64,000 bases of DNA from positions 544,001 through 608,000 of the forward strand of contig JBEPYN010000001.1 in assembly GCA_041641305.1 (NCBI GenBank). Reading direction: 5' to 3'. Numbering within the stretch: the first letter of the stretch is position 1; every line of letters begins with the position of its first letter. Positions 1 through 9,205 of the stretch are shown here, in pieces. The position numbers and the translations under genes are program-made. The notes below the pieces were generated by a model. It ran no database searches and was not told the origin of the DNA. It worked only from the letters and a program-made list of their open reading frames with translations. The DNA comes from Nitrososphaerota archaeon (GTDB taxonomy: Archaea; Thermoproteota; Nitrososphaeria_A; Caldarchaeales; Caldarchaeaceae).

Positions 1-782
1 AACCATGTTGGGAGACCTGGTGCGAGAGGGTAGAAGGCGTGAACAGAGCTGAATATGTATGCGGAGCCTATTCCTACGGCGTAGAGAAGGTTCATGTCAG
101 CTGCGCCATGCATGAGGCTGCGGGCTGACCTGATGAAGAACTGTCTCGCCGGACCAAAGACAGCTATCGACGTAAGTATGAAGAGGAACAGCGGGCTCCC
201 GAAAAACTCGGGAAGAGGTATGTATGGGACGAGGCGTTTGCTTAACTCTCCTAAAACCGCAATCGCCGCTATTGGCGCCGCTATTGCGAGGTTAATCATC
301 TGGCTACGTATCTCGCGCTGCCTCTCCTGCTTCTCCCGCTCCGCCGCCGTCTCCGCTGAAACCTCCTCCCCCGCATCATAGCCAACACCCTTAACAGCCT
401 TGATGAGAGCCTGCTTGCTTGTGCCAGGTAACGCATTTACAACAGCCCTTCCAGTCATAAGGTTAACCGAGACATCTACAACACCCTCGACCTCCTTCAA
501 AGCGTTCTCAACACTCTGAACACATGAAGCACAGTGCATACCGCGCACAGTCAGCACAATGTGGTCCTTGAGAACCCTATACCCAATATCGTTGATCGCC
601 CTCTCCATATCAGACAGGCTCACACGCGTCGGGTCATACTCAACAGAAGCACGCGAGGCAGCAAAGTTAACGCTCACATTATGCACACCGTCGAGGCTCT
701 TGAGCATGCTCTCTACACTCTGTGCACAAGAGGCGCAGTGCATGCCACCAATCTGGAGAACAACCCTGCGACGCTCAGCCAA
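1..782 (-). CDS. copA: Copper-translocating P1B-type ATPase, N-terminal part (runs off window)
   Basis: Own minus-strand translation from TTG at 782: MAERRRVVLQIGGMHCASCAQSVE...VRGMHCASCVQSVE, i.e. two HMA domains (GMHCASC) followed by the first TM segments. Not in the ORF track. Confidence 0.9.
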   Translation of the reverse strand, partial: MAERRRVVLQIGGMHCASCAQSVESMLKSLDGVHNVSVNFAASRASVEYDPTRVSLSDMERAINDIGYRVLKDHIVLTVRGMHCASCVQSVENALKEVEGVVDVSVNLMTGRAVVNALPGTSKQALIKAVKGVGYDAGEEVSAETAAEREKQERQREIRSQMINLAIAAPIAAIAVLGELSKRLVPYIPLPEFFGSPLFLFILTSIAVFGPARQFFIRSARSLMHGAADMNLLYAVGIGSAYIFSSVHAFYPLAPGLPTW

Positions 783-829
783 ACACCATCACCTGCGACA
801 ACAAAAAAGGTGGGTAGGAGGGCGCGTCT

Positions 830-997
830 CTAGTGGCTGTGCGCTTCCTTCATGTATTTGTGGGGGGTTTTCTCAAACTCTCTCTTGCAGCCCTCGGCGC
901 AGAAGTAGAAAACCCTCCCCCCATGCTCAGACTTGTACTTGGCGGTTGCGGGGTCTATCTCCATGCCGCAAACAGGGTCAACCACTTTCCCAGCCAT
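830..997 (-). CDS. YHS/TRASH-domain metal (copper) chaperone, 55 aa
   Basis: Own translation MAGKVVDPVCGMEIDPATAKYKSEHGGRVFYFCAEGCKREFEKTPHKYMKEAHSH; DPVCGM...YFC..GC signature; directly upstream of copA. Confidence 0.9.
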   Translation of the reverse strand: MAGKVVDPVCGMEIDPATAKYKSEHGGRVFYFCAEGCKREFEKTPHKYMKEAHSH

Positions 998-1024
998 ATC
1001 CCATCAACCAATACAAGCAATTGC

Positions 1025-1041
1025 CGAAATTATAATATTCG
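1025..1041 (-). promoter_or_regulatory. TATA box embedded in an imperfect palindrome upstream of the YHS-copA operon
   Basis: CGAAATTATAATATTCG, about 30 nt upstream of the ATG at 997. Confidence 0.45.
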
Positions 1042-1235
1042 CATACATAAAAAGAAACAAAACAACAAAAGAACTTTCCGAAAAAGAGGACATCGACTTC
1101 ACGATGTAATAAAAGAAAAAAAGATGTGGCGGTTCTTTCTAATCCGCTCCATGTTAGAGGACATTCGGCAACCATGAGAATCTTTTTGTAAACCTTTTTT
1201 ACCAACACCTCTTTACTACTAATAGGTAGACCCAA

Positions 1236-1466
1236 TTGGCCGAGTACGTAACAGTTTCCACAAAAGTCAAGAAGAAACTGAAGGAGGAGGCGGAACGCCT
1301 CGGTGTCAAGGTATCCGAGGTACTCAGAAATGCCTTGGAACAGGAGGTGAGAAGACGACAGCTTGAGGAGCTTGAGAAAAAACTCGAAAACCTCGGCACG
1401 GTCCTCGATAAACTCGACATAGACAGAATAGCTCGGCTGATCCGGGAAGACAGGAAATTCAGGTGA
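1236..1466 (+). CDS. vapB: VapB-type antitoxin (RHH/CcdA-like)
   Basis: 76 aa, YVTVSTKV..KLKEEAERLGVKVSEVLRNALE, ends IREDR; directly upstream of a PIN toxin. Confidence 0.85.
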   Translation: MAEYVTVSTKVKKKLKEEAERLGVKVSEVLRNALEQEVRRRQLEELEKKLENLGTVLDKLDIDRIARLIREDRKFR

Positions 1467-1473
1467 AAACTGA

Positions 1474-1872
1474 ATGGGAAATCTTCTATTCGACGCATCC
1501 TCCCTAGTATATTTGTTAAAACTTAGGAATCTAAAACCACTCAACCAAAACCATATACAATGGTTAACTGTCTACGAAGTTGCCAACGCATTGTGGAAAG
1601 AGACATTCTCGATAGGCGGCATAAGCGTTGATGAGGCGCGTAAAATCATAGATGTTCTGAGAGGCATTATTGATGTTATCAACGTGCTAGGTCCACATTC
1701 TCACGAACGCGAAATCCTTGAGACAGCGGGTGAACTGGGGATTACAGCCTATGATGCGTCATACATCGTTTTGGCTAAGGTTAATGGATTATCCCTGGTT
1801 ACAGAGGACGCTGAGTTGAGGGATAAAGCGAAAAGAATGATTGAAGTGTTTAGTGTGAGCGAAATATTGTAA
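1474..1872 (+). CDS. vapC: VapC PIN-domain toxin
   Basis: LLFDASS, YEVANALWK, TAYDASYI, LVTED PIN motifs. Confidence 0.9.
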   Translation: MGNLLFDASSLVYLLKLRNLKPLNQNHIQWLTVYEVANALWKETFSIGGISVDEARKIIDVLRGIIDVINVLGPHSHEREILETAGELGITAYDASYIVLAKVNGLSLVTEDAELRDKAKRMIEVFSVSEIL

Positions 1873-2398
1873 CCTGAAATTTTTTCGCAAGATCTTGCAC
1901 ATCCTCTTTGATTATGTTGGCTAGGGTTGTTAGTGTTTTGGCTGCTGTTTGGTTGGTTGGTTTGGCGAGGCGCAGTGTTGGGAGGAGATGTGTGTTCAGG
2001 AATCTGGTTAGGAGGCGCCAGAGTCTATCGGCTTCTCTCTCGTCTGTCAACTGCTTCACGTAGGCATCTATTGCGAGACGTGCCGCGAAAGCCGCCATGG
2101 TCAACAGACTGTCTGCAGTCTCCGGGACCTCGTAACCAGCCTGTGTCATGAAAGCCTTAACATGTTGTCGCAGCTGGTTTCTAGACGCTGGCGGCAGGTC
2201 GGTTCTAACCGCTGAGGCCGTGAGTGTTCCTATGTATTTGACCAGCTCATAGTCTGACTTGGGAACCTCCACCCCAACGGCCTCCAAAAACTCTGCAACC
2301 TCTACGGGAACCTCTTCGCCGCTGGAAATGTACCGGAGCATGACGTATATGGAGACATAGAGGTTGGCTCGTTGGAAGGCGTCGTCCATGTCTTTCAC
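1850..2398 (-). CDS. TorD/DmsD-family molybdoenzyme maturation chaperone
   Basis: Last gene of the operon, GTG overlapping the catalytic-subunit stop; E(T)ADSL..M and FL..HL motifs resemble TorD EPxDH and FLxxHL. Start shortened relative to the ORF track. Confidence 0.6.
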   Translation of the reverse strand: MKDMDDAFQRANLYVSIYVMLRYISSGEEVPVEVAEFLEAVGVEVPKSDYELVKYIGTLTASAVRTDLPPASRNQLRQHVKAFMTQAGYEVPETADSLLTMAAFAARLAIDAYVKQLTDEREADRLWRLLTRFLNTHLLPTLRLAKPTNQTAAKTLTTLANIIKEDVQDLAKKFQVTIFRSH

Positions 2399-5300
2399 CA
2401 GACTACGCGATGTGGCTGGATTCTGTGGACGCGGCCTGTTTTCACAACTTTGACAGGGTTGCTGTAGTATGACTGTCCAGAGCCGAGCCACGATAGCATG
2501 GGCCAGTTGCCGATGGACGGGTCGCCTAACTCAACCGGGTTGGGTGAAACACCGTTGAACCGCCACTCGTCCACCGCGAGACCTTTCTCAAAATATTCAG
2601 CGGGCCTGTGGGTGAATAGTATCTTTTTAGCGATAGGTGGTAGGTGTTTCACGGGGTTGACGGCTGTCTCCGGTATCTCCACTTTATCGGGAAGGCTTGC
2701 AGCAATTTCCCCGCCGTTTTTGAGGCTGAAGTAACTGGGTTTAACGACCAAGGTCTCAGCCCATCTTCCCATTCCATAAGGCACTGCGACCACACCCCTG
2801 GCAATTGAGGCGGTGACAACCGCCGGGGCCTCAATACTTCCCTCCGGGCTCTCAACCAACACAACATCGCCTGTCTTCACTCCAAGCATAGCCGCATCCT
2901 CCCTATTGATCAGTACAAAGTTTTCGGGAAGAATCGATTTAATCCAGTAGTAGTTGCCGCTTCGATGCTTCGTGTAAAGTGGGCCTGATTCGAAGACGAG
3001 TTTGAGCGGATACTGCGACTGTGGGTAAAGCTCTTCAAGAGGTGTTCCGGCGAAGCTTAGCGACTTTAATCCTCCGACCGGGGCGTAGGTAGCCGGCTCA
3101 AAGTATGCGGGGCCTCCCCAAAACTTCTTTCCCGTGATGCTGTTACGTGTTTTCGCCAGCTTCTCATTCCACAGCAACAGAACACCTGTGCCGGGCACGC
3201 TTCTCTTCGAGAAGCCTTTTTCGTTGAAAGAGTCCTCGTATCTTGTGAAGACACCGCCTCTGGCCAGGCAATAGGCCGCTGCCTGCCACTCGTCCTCTGG
3301 GAGAATGTCCTTGAACTTGGCTATTGGATAGTTTTGCTCGACGAACCTAACATCTTCGACGGGAATCTCCTTGGGGAGGATTCCTCTGTCTTTGGCGCTT
3401 ATTCCGCCGTTTGCGAAGACTCGTAGAATGTAGTCCCAGAAGCTGTGAAGTGGGAACCATTTTCCGTCATATTTTTTATCCTTGACCCCTGGGATGCCTT
3501 TTTCCCCGAACCCGGGTGCTTTTAGTGCTTTGCCAACGTCGATGAAGAACTCCCACATAGATGCGTAACGTGGTTTCCCGTCGGGTGAATCGTTTATCCT
3601 CTGTGTAAGAGGCATGATTGCCGGCGACCTCCATGCCTCGGCTATGTACCTGCCCATGCCTCCGCTGTAGAGAAACTGAACACCGTTTGTACCTGTCTCG
3701 AGGTATGTTGTGTCTGGGACAAGGTAGTCGGCGTAGAGATAGGTCTCGTTGATGGTGGTTGTTATGCCGATGAAGAGAGGCAGCTTCTTGGTGTCGCGTA
3801 GCACTTCCGTGAACTTCAGTCCTTTGTTCGCCGAGAGCACTGGGTTGGCGAAGTAGAGTATGAGAGCCATGATTGGGTAGGGGTATGCAAGGTCTATTCC
3901 TGCGAAGAGCTCTGTGTAGCTCTCCTCGGGGCTGAACGGATACCACGGCCTCTTAGCCGGATACGGGTTCTCACCCGACTTCACCTTTCTGTAATACATT
4001 ATGGTTTTTTCGTACTCGGCTCTGTGTCTGTCGATTGGCGGCCCCCAGCTTATCGGCTCGCCGAAACCGCTTGCCGACAAGTTGTATAGATAGCTGTTGT
4101 ATGATGTGAGGGATGGCCGTGCCAGCAGCCCACCACTCCTGTGGAAGTTTCCCACTAGGATGTCGAGGCTCCTAATGGCCCAGACGGTGTATTCTCCGTT
4201 TGGATGCTGGGCAACCCCTCTGTGTATGTAGGTGGCCGCCCGTGGGGCAGCCTCCCCAAAATCCCTCGCCATCTCCTGTATCGTCTGAACAGGTATCCCG
4301 CATATGCGCGACCATTCCTCAACTGTTTTGCTGAAGACCGTCTCCTTGAACACGGTGAATACTGTTTTGACCGTTACCTCCTCGCCTGAGGCGAGTTTGA
4401 CCTTACCAGTGAACTCGAGGTCGGCCCTGTCAACAGAGTCATATGGGATAATCTCTTCACCAGCTTTGACAAGTGGTTTGTTGTCGCCGCCGATGCCGAG
4501 CATCGTGTCTGTAAGATGCGAGCCATAAAGGCTGTGATTCTCCTCCATGACCACTAGCCATGTGGCGTTGCTGTGGTAGGGATAGCCGAGCTTCTCGGCG
4601 GCTTTCTTAGACGGAGCCTCGAGGAACGCCTGGTTTATCCACCCGTTCTTTATCAGGAGCTGCGCTACGGCAAGGGCCCATGCGGCGTCCGTTCCAGGTT
4701 TAACGGGCACCCAGACGATGTTTTTCCGAGCCGCTGTTCTAGGGGCCAGAGGGTTGATGTAGTAAATCTTTAATCCGTTTTCCGCGGCTTTCTCAATAAG
4801 GGATCCCTGCCCTGTCGCACCTGGATGAACCCTGCCCATGGCTGCCCCTGCCATGAGAATGACTTTTGAACCCATTACGTCGGGGTTGATGTCATAGTAA
4901 CCTGACCACAGGTAGTTTCCGGTGTAGAATGCGAGCTGACACGCTGATGTGTGTCTCATCCAGTTAACGCTGCCAAAAGCTTTGATGAACCTGTTTGTGA
5001 AGGTGTCGGCGTTGTCCTGTCCACGGCCTCTCATGAATACAAGCATGTTGGCTTTTGTTCCGAGGTCAGGGTTTTCGGGGTCGATCAACACATCCTCCAG
5101 CCTAAGCCCCTTCTCACCCAAAATCTTGCTCCATTTTTCCTTGAAGCTTGTAAGAAGCGCCTCAAACTCTTCCATTGTTACTTTTTTGTCGGCAGCCTTT
5201 GCTACGAGCTCGTCCACATCTTTCTTGAGAGAAGATAGTATATCGTATGGGTTATCGAACCCTGCGTCCCGGAGAAGGCCGTAGACAAATATCTGCCGAA

Positions 5301-5841
5301 GCCCTGGCAGCCTCTCACCCGTCTCTTCGATAACTCCTCCGTCGACCACTTCGTTGATAAGCTGCTCCCATGAGATCTCCTTCCATTTTCCACGGCCCCT
5401 CGGCCCAGCTCGTTTCAGTGGCCTCGTTATCCTGTACGGGTCGTAGACATAGTGTATACCGTCTTGGCCTCTTGCGCAGAGAGTTCCCGTCACAGTCAGA
5501 GAGTCTGTTACAGGTGTTTGGTAGGTGAGCTCGCTGAAGCGGCTGAGCTGATGGTCTGGCGAGATGGCCCGGTTGTATGGATGGTAGGGGTTGCCCTCTA
5601 TCCTCTCCACCACCTCCATCCCATCGACCGTCGCTACCCTGACCCTGATGCCGCATCTGACGTTGCATCCGAGGCAGCTGGAGTAGACGTATCTCACGCC
5701 TGCTCCGCGGAGTTGGTCAGGGCTGTAGAGCTGGGTTGTTGGCCTAATGATTTTTTCTACTGTTCCCCAGTAACCCGCTAAGAAGACACCCGTCGACGCC
5801 GCCGCCAACACTCCCTTTACCGCTGTTCTCCTACTCACCAA
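2395..5841 (-). CDS. ttrA: Molybdopterin oxidoreductase catalytic subunit, tetrathionate reductase TtrA-like
   Basis: 1148 aa; Tat motif SRRTAVK; CLGCNVRC...CARG 4Fe-4S motif; HTSACQ probable Mo-ligand Cys; C-terminal MGD-binding domain; ttrBCA gene order. Confidence 0.75.
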   Translation of the reverse strand: MVSRRTAVKGVLAAASTGVFLAGYWGTVEKIIRPTTQLYSPDQLRGAGVRYVYSSCLGCNVRCGIRVRVATVDGMEVVERIEGNPYHPYNRAISPDHQLSRFSELTYQTPVTDSLTVTGTLCARGQDGIHYVYDPYRITRPLKRAGPRGRGKWKEISWEQLINEVVDGGVIEETGERLPGLRQIFVYGLLRDAGFDNPYDILSSLKKDVDELVAKAADKKVTMEEFEALLTSFKEKWSKILGEKGLRLEDVLIDPENPDLGTKANMLVFMRGRGQDNADTFTNRFIKAFGSVNWMRHTSACQLAFYTGNYLWSGYYDINPDVMGSKVILMAGAAMGRVHPGATGQGSLIEKAAENGLKIYYINPLAPRTAARKNIVWVPVKPGTDAAWALAVAQLLIKNGWINQAFLEAPSKKAAEKLGYPYHSNATWLVVMEENHSLYGSHLTDTMLGIGGDNKPLVKAGEEIIPYDSVDRADLEFTGKVKLASGEEVTVKTVFTVFKETVFSKTVEEWSRICGIPVQTIQEMARDFGEAAPRAATYIHRGVAQHPNGEYTVWAIRSLDILVGNFHRSGGLLARPSLTSYNSYLYNLSASGFGEPISWGPPIDRHRAEYEKTIMYYRKVKSGENPYPAKRPWYPFSPEESYTELFAGIDLAYPYPIMALILYFANPVLSANKGLKFTEVLRDTKKLPLFIGITTTINETYLYADYLVPDTTYLETGTNGVQFLYSGGMGRYIAEAWRSPAIMPLTQRINDSPDGKPRYASMWEFFIDVGKALKAPGFGEKGIPGVKDKKYDGKWFPLHSFWDYILRVFANGGISAKDRGILPKEIPVEDVRFVEQNYPIAKFKDILPEDEWQAAAYCLARGGVFTRYEDSFNEKGFSKRSVPGTGVLLLWNEKLAKTRNSITGKKFWGGPAYFEPATYAPVGGLKSLSFAGTPLEELYPQSQYPLKLVFESGPLYTKHRSGNYYWIKSILPENFVLINREDAAMLGVKTGDVVLVESPEGSIEAPAVVTASIARGVVAVPYGMGRWAETLVVKPSYFSLKNGGEIAASLPDKVEIPETAVNPVKHLPPIAKKILFTHRPAEYFEKGLAVDEWRFNGVSPNPVELGDPSIGNWPMLSWLGSGQSYYSNPVKVVKTGRVHRIQPHRVVW

Positions 5842-6940
5842 CTTCCCTCACCTCCAGAGGAAACAGTATCGAGAGAAATAGGAATAGGGCGACGCCGGCT
5901 GCCACAGGGGCCAGCGTCTCAAGCCACCAGAGTCCATGCAGCTCGGCTTCGAAGAAAGCGAGACCGGTTTTCGAGATGAGCTGGGCGTTTATCAGGATGT
6001 TCCACTTGTTGGCAAACGTGCCCACAAGAGCGACTACCGACACAGCCAAACTTGTCAACGGATAGCGTATGGAAGCCAGCGAGAGAAGGAAGCTTAGAAG
6101 CATCACTATTATCACTAGGTACATCAGCGTGTGGAGCGGCGCCGTCATCTCCGCGAACGATGGAGACCAGAATCCCCAGACAGCTAACTGCAGTCCTGTA
6201 AGAGCAGCCACCGAGATAGAGCCGGCCGCGTGTATCTTCAGCACGGGCACGACGACGTCTCTCTCTAGATTTCTTCCCCGCCAGAAAAAGTAGAAGAGAA
6301 GGAATAGGGCTGTAGCAACCACGAATGTGTCGGCGAAGTACACGACGGGAAGAAGACTCCAGTTTCTCCAGACGGGGTTCCATGTCTGCGCAAGCAGCAT
6401 GGAGGCAGGGTATATACCCCACATCACAAGTGGCACCAGCATAGCTATAGCAACCCCCTTAGCAACCTTCTCAGCAACGGCGTACCTCTCTTTAGTAGAG
6501 ACACCAAGTGAGAAAACTCTGTAAAAAGCGGCTCTGAGACCTTTCGCACTGATTGAGGCCTGATACGAGTAGTAGGAGAATGTTGAGACGGCGAAGACTA
6601 GGGCAAGGATTAGTGCAACGACCCATGCTATCCCTTGGATGGCTATCAACGAAATACCGGGGTTCTGGGCGGTTGCAGCTATGTGCGGGTTGCCGAAAAT
6701 AAGCCACGCTCTCTGCGGGGACCTGAGGTCCGCCAGAGGCCCCAGCAATACGACGGCGAAGAACCCTATGCCCATCATCGTCATCAGCGGAATGGCTTTT
6801 CTCAGCGAACCGGATAGGTATGCGAGGGCTGTGAGGATGAGCAGGTCGGCTCCCGATATGAGCAGTGTGTAGGTGAAGAGAACGGGATGCCAGAGAAGAG
6901 GTTCAGCAGCCTCGTTCGGGAAATAGTATTCCAGCACCAT
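5831..6940 (-). CDS. ttrC: NrfD/PsrC/TtrC-family membrane anchor
   Basis: Multi-TM protein with LADLRSPQR (NrfD xDLxxPxR motif), located between the Fe-S and Mo subunits. Confidence 0.75.
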   Translation of the reverse strand: MVLEYYFPNEAAEPLLWHPVLFTYTLLISGADLLILTALAYLSGSLRKAIPLMTMMGIGFFAVVLLGPLADLRSPQRAWLIFGNPHIAATAQNPGISLIAIQGIAWVVALILALVFAVSTFSYYSYQASISAKGLRAAFYRVFSLGVSTKERYAVAEKVAKGVAIAMLVPLVMWGIYPASMLLAQTWNPVWRNWSLLPVVYFADTFVVATALFLLFYFFWRGRNLERDVVVPVLKIHAAGSISVAALTGLQLAVWGFWSPSFAEMTAPLHTLMYLVIIVMLLSFLLSLASIRYPLTSLAVSVVALVGTFANKWNILINAQLISKTGLAFFEAELHGLWWLETLAPVAAGVALFLFLSILFPLEVREVGE

Positions 6941-6942
6941 GG

Positions 6943-7587
6943 CTACCTGTTCACCTCGCTCGGTAAATCAAGATAGAAAATCATGGGCTTTGCCCCTGTC
7001 TCGGGCTTGAGGACCTGAGTTGGCCTACTGTTGATTATTCTCGTCAGCTCGTTATCCTCTGTAAGGGGTCCGAAGACACGGGCTCCTGTTGGGCACGCCT
7101 CTACGCATGCGGGCAACAACCCCTCGGCCAGTCTGTGGCTGCAGAACGTGCACTTATCGGCCACACCTTTGACAGGGTTGATGAAACGTGCTCCATACGG
7201 ACATGCCTTGACGCACGCTCCGCATCCGATGCAGAGGTTGTCGTTGACGAGCACGAGGCCGTCTGATGTGATGAAGGTCGCTTTGGTTGGACACGGTGGA
7301 ACGCATGGAGGGTCGTCGCAGTGGTTGCACTGCTTGGGGATAAATATCCGGGTGCCGTCAGGCTTCTCCAAATACTCAATCCATGTCCTAAAGAAGTCAA
7401 GGGGCACATTATTCTCAGCCGAGCACGCCACCACACAAGCCATGCAGCCGTAACACTTCTCAACATCCATCAACATCGCGTACCGTTTTCCTTGCTCACC
7501 AGTCGCCGACACGGTGAACACCGGCGCTGATAGCAACAAACAGCCGGCAACACCCTTTATGAAATCGCGTCGAGACTGCTCGATCAC
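6943..7587 (-). CDS. ttrB: 4x[4Fe-4S] electron-transfer subunit (TtrB/PsrB/NrfC-like)
   Basis: Tat motif SRRDFIK; CYGCMACVVAC, CNHCDDPPCVPPCP, CIGCGACVKACP, KCTFC...PACVEACP. Confidence 0.85.
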   Translation of the reverse strand: MIEQSRRDFIKGVAGCLLLSAPVFTVSATGEQGKRYAMLMDVEKCYGCMACVVACSAENNVPLDFFRTWIEYLEKPDGTRIFIPKQCNHCDDPPCVPPCPTKATFITSDGLVLVNDNLCIGCGACVKACPYGARFINPVKGVADKCTFCSHRLAEGLLPACVEACPTGARVFGPLTEDNELTRIINSRPTQVLKPETGAKPMIFYLDLPSEVNR

Positions 7588-7675
7588 GGATAGTATGCAT
7601 ACACTCGTATAGATAATGGTATCTGTACAAGTATGTACTTTTGTGTGATAGGCATTTACAATATTGTTAATAATC

Positions 7676-8104
7676 CTATCGCTTGGGTTTCTTGACCTCC
7701 CCTGTTACAAGTAGGTCGAGAGGAGCTCCGTTCACCATGGTTACTTTGTATCTGACGCCAGGCAGGTCTCCCATGGATTTGCCCATGGAGCCGCCGATGC
7801 CCTCGACGATTACTTCGTCGTGTTCGTCGACGACGTTGAGGGCCCCGTCTCCGGGCAGGAACGCGGTTATGGCTTTGCTGTTTTTGATGAGCTGGACGCG
7901 GACGCATTTGCGGACGGCCGAGTTGGGCTGACGGGACTCAATCCCTACTTTCTGTATAACTATGCCACGGGCCATGGGAGCGCCCTCCAGCGGGTCCGTT
8001 TTCTCCTTCAGCCGGAGCATCCTTATACGATAGTCTCTCTTCGCCCACCTAAACCTGTTCCTAACCTTTATCAGATGCCTCGCCGCGAACTCTCCGTTAC
8101 CCAT
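7676..8104 (-). CDS. rps12: 30S ribosomal protein uS12 (S12/S23)
   Basis: [40 protein letters not shown]. Confidence 0.97.
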   Translation of the reverse strand: MGNGEFAARHLIKVRNRFRWAKRDYRIRMLRLKEKTDPLEGAPMARGIVIQKVGIESRQPNSAVRKCVRVQLIKNSKAITAFLPGDGALNVVDEHDEVIVEGIGGSMGKSMGDLPGVRYKVTMVNGAPLDLLVTGEVKKPKR

Positions 8105-8152
8105 ACCGGTCTCCGAGAAACAGCACCGAGCCGGTGTTTAATAAGGTTGAGC

Positions 8153-9196
8153 CTATCCACCTATGGTGTGCATAGGCCTCACGTGGGGCACAAGTTTCTT
8201 AGACTTGATAAGTGTCTCGACACCCGCAAACTTTTTCCTAAAACTTTGCCTAATGAAGTCAGCTATCTCCTCATCCGAGGCCCCGCCGCGTAAAAGCTGC
8301 TTCACATCATACTCATCCCTGCTGAAGAGGCAGGGGACGATTTTCCCGTCAGCGGTGAGCCTTATCCGGTCGCAGTCTCCGCAGAAGGGGTTGGTCATGC
8401 TCGTGATTATGGCGACGTTTCCGTCGGCTCCGTCGGCGAACTCGTAGACCGTTGCGGTGCTTCCAGGCTCACGCGGCAGCTCAACAAGCCTATACCGTTT
8501 GTTTATTTTCTCGATGATCTCGGAGCCGGGGACAAGCCGTGAAACATCCCATAGATGCCTTCCATCGAAAGGCATGTATTCTATGAACCTGATGGAGTAT
8601 CCTGACTGGCGGCCAAGCTCCACGAAGTCGAGTATTTCGTCGTCGTTGCATCCACGTGTCACGACACAGTTTATCTTGACGGGATTTAGCCCGGCTTTCT
8701 TCGCCTCCCTAAGCCCATCCAACACCTTCGAGAAAACATCCTTGCGACCAACTATTTCTTCAAACCGCTCAGGCTTTAGACTGTGGAGGCTTACCGTGAC
8801 GCTCTGGAGACCCGCCTCCTTGAGCAGAGCAGCCTTCTCCGCCAAGAAATAGCCGTTGGTGGTCATCGATATTGACTCGACACCCTTTATGCTGCTGATG
8901 AGCCTCACACCTTTCTCCAGATCACGTCTCATCAGTGGTTCGCCGCCGCTCAGCCGAACCTTGGTAACATTCATGCTTGCCAATAATCTGACAACACGCG
9001 CCATCTCCTCATATGTTAGAATCTCTTTGTGAGGTATCCAGACGGGGTGGAGAGGCATGCAGAAATCGCATCGAAAATTGCATCTATCCGTGACAGAAAG
9101 CCGTAGCTTCCTCGCCACCCTCCCGAAACCGTCGACAAGCGGCTCCAATCCAGCAAATAGTAAACCGGCTACGCTATAAAGAGATTTTTGATACAA
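8153..9196 (-). CDS. moaA: GTP 3',8-cyclase MoaA (true start probably slightly downstream)
   Basis: LRLSVTDRCNFRCDFCM radical SAM motif, FCGDCDRIRLTADG, C-terminal MHTIGG. Confidence 0.95.
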   Translation of the reverse strand: MYQKSLYSVAGLLFAGLEPLVDGFGRVARKLRLSVTDRCNFRCDFCMPLHPVWIPHKEILTYEEMARVVRLLASMNVTKVRLSGGEPLMRRDLEKGVRLISSIKGVESISMTTNGYFLAEKAALLKEAGLQSVTVSLHSLKPERFEEIVGRKDVFSKVLDGLREAKKAGLNPVKINCVVTRGCNDDEILDFVELGRQSGYSIRFIEYMPFDGRHLWDVSRLVPGSEIIEKINKRYRLVELPREPGSTATVYEFADGADGNVAIITSMTNPFCGDCDRIRLTADGKIVPCLFSRDEYDVKQLLRGGASDEEIADFIRQSFRKKFAGVETLIKSKKLVPHVRPMHTIGG

Positions 9197-9205
9197 GTGG
9201 TTGGC

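Noticed and set aside
978-1544. 188-aa minus-strand ORF over vapB
   Set aside because: It is antisense to a clear TA pair and runs through an AT-rich promoter region.
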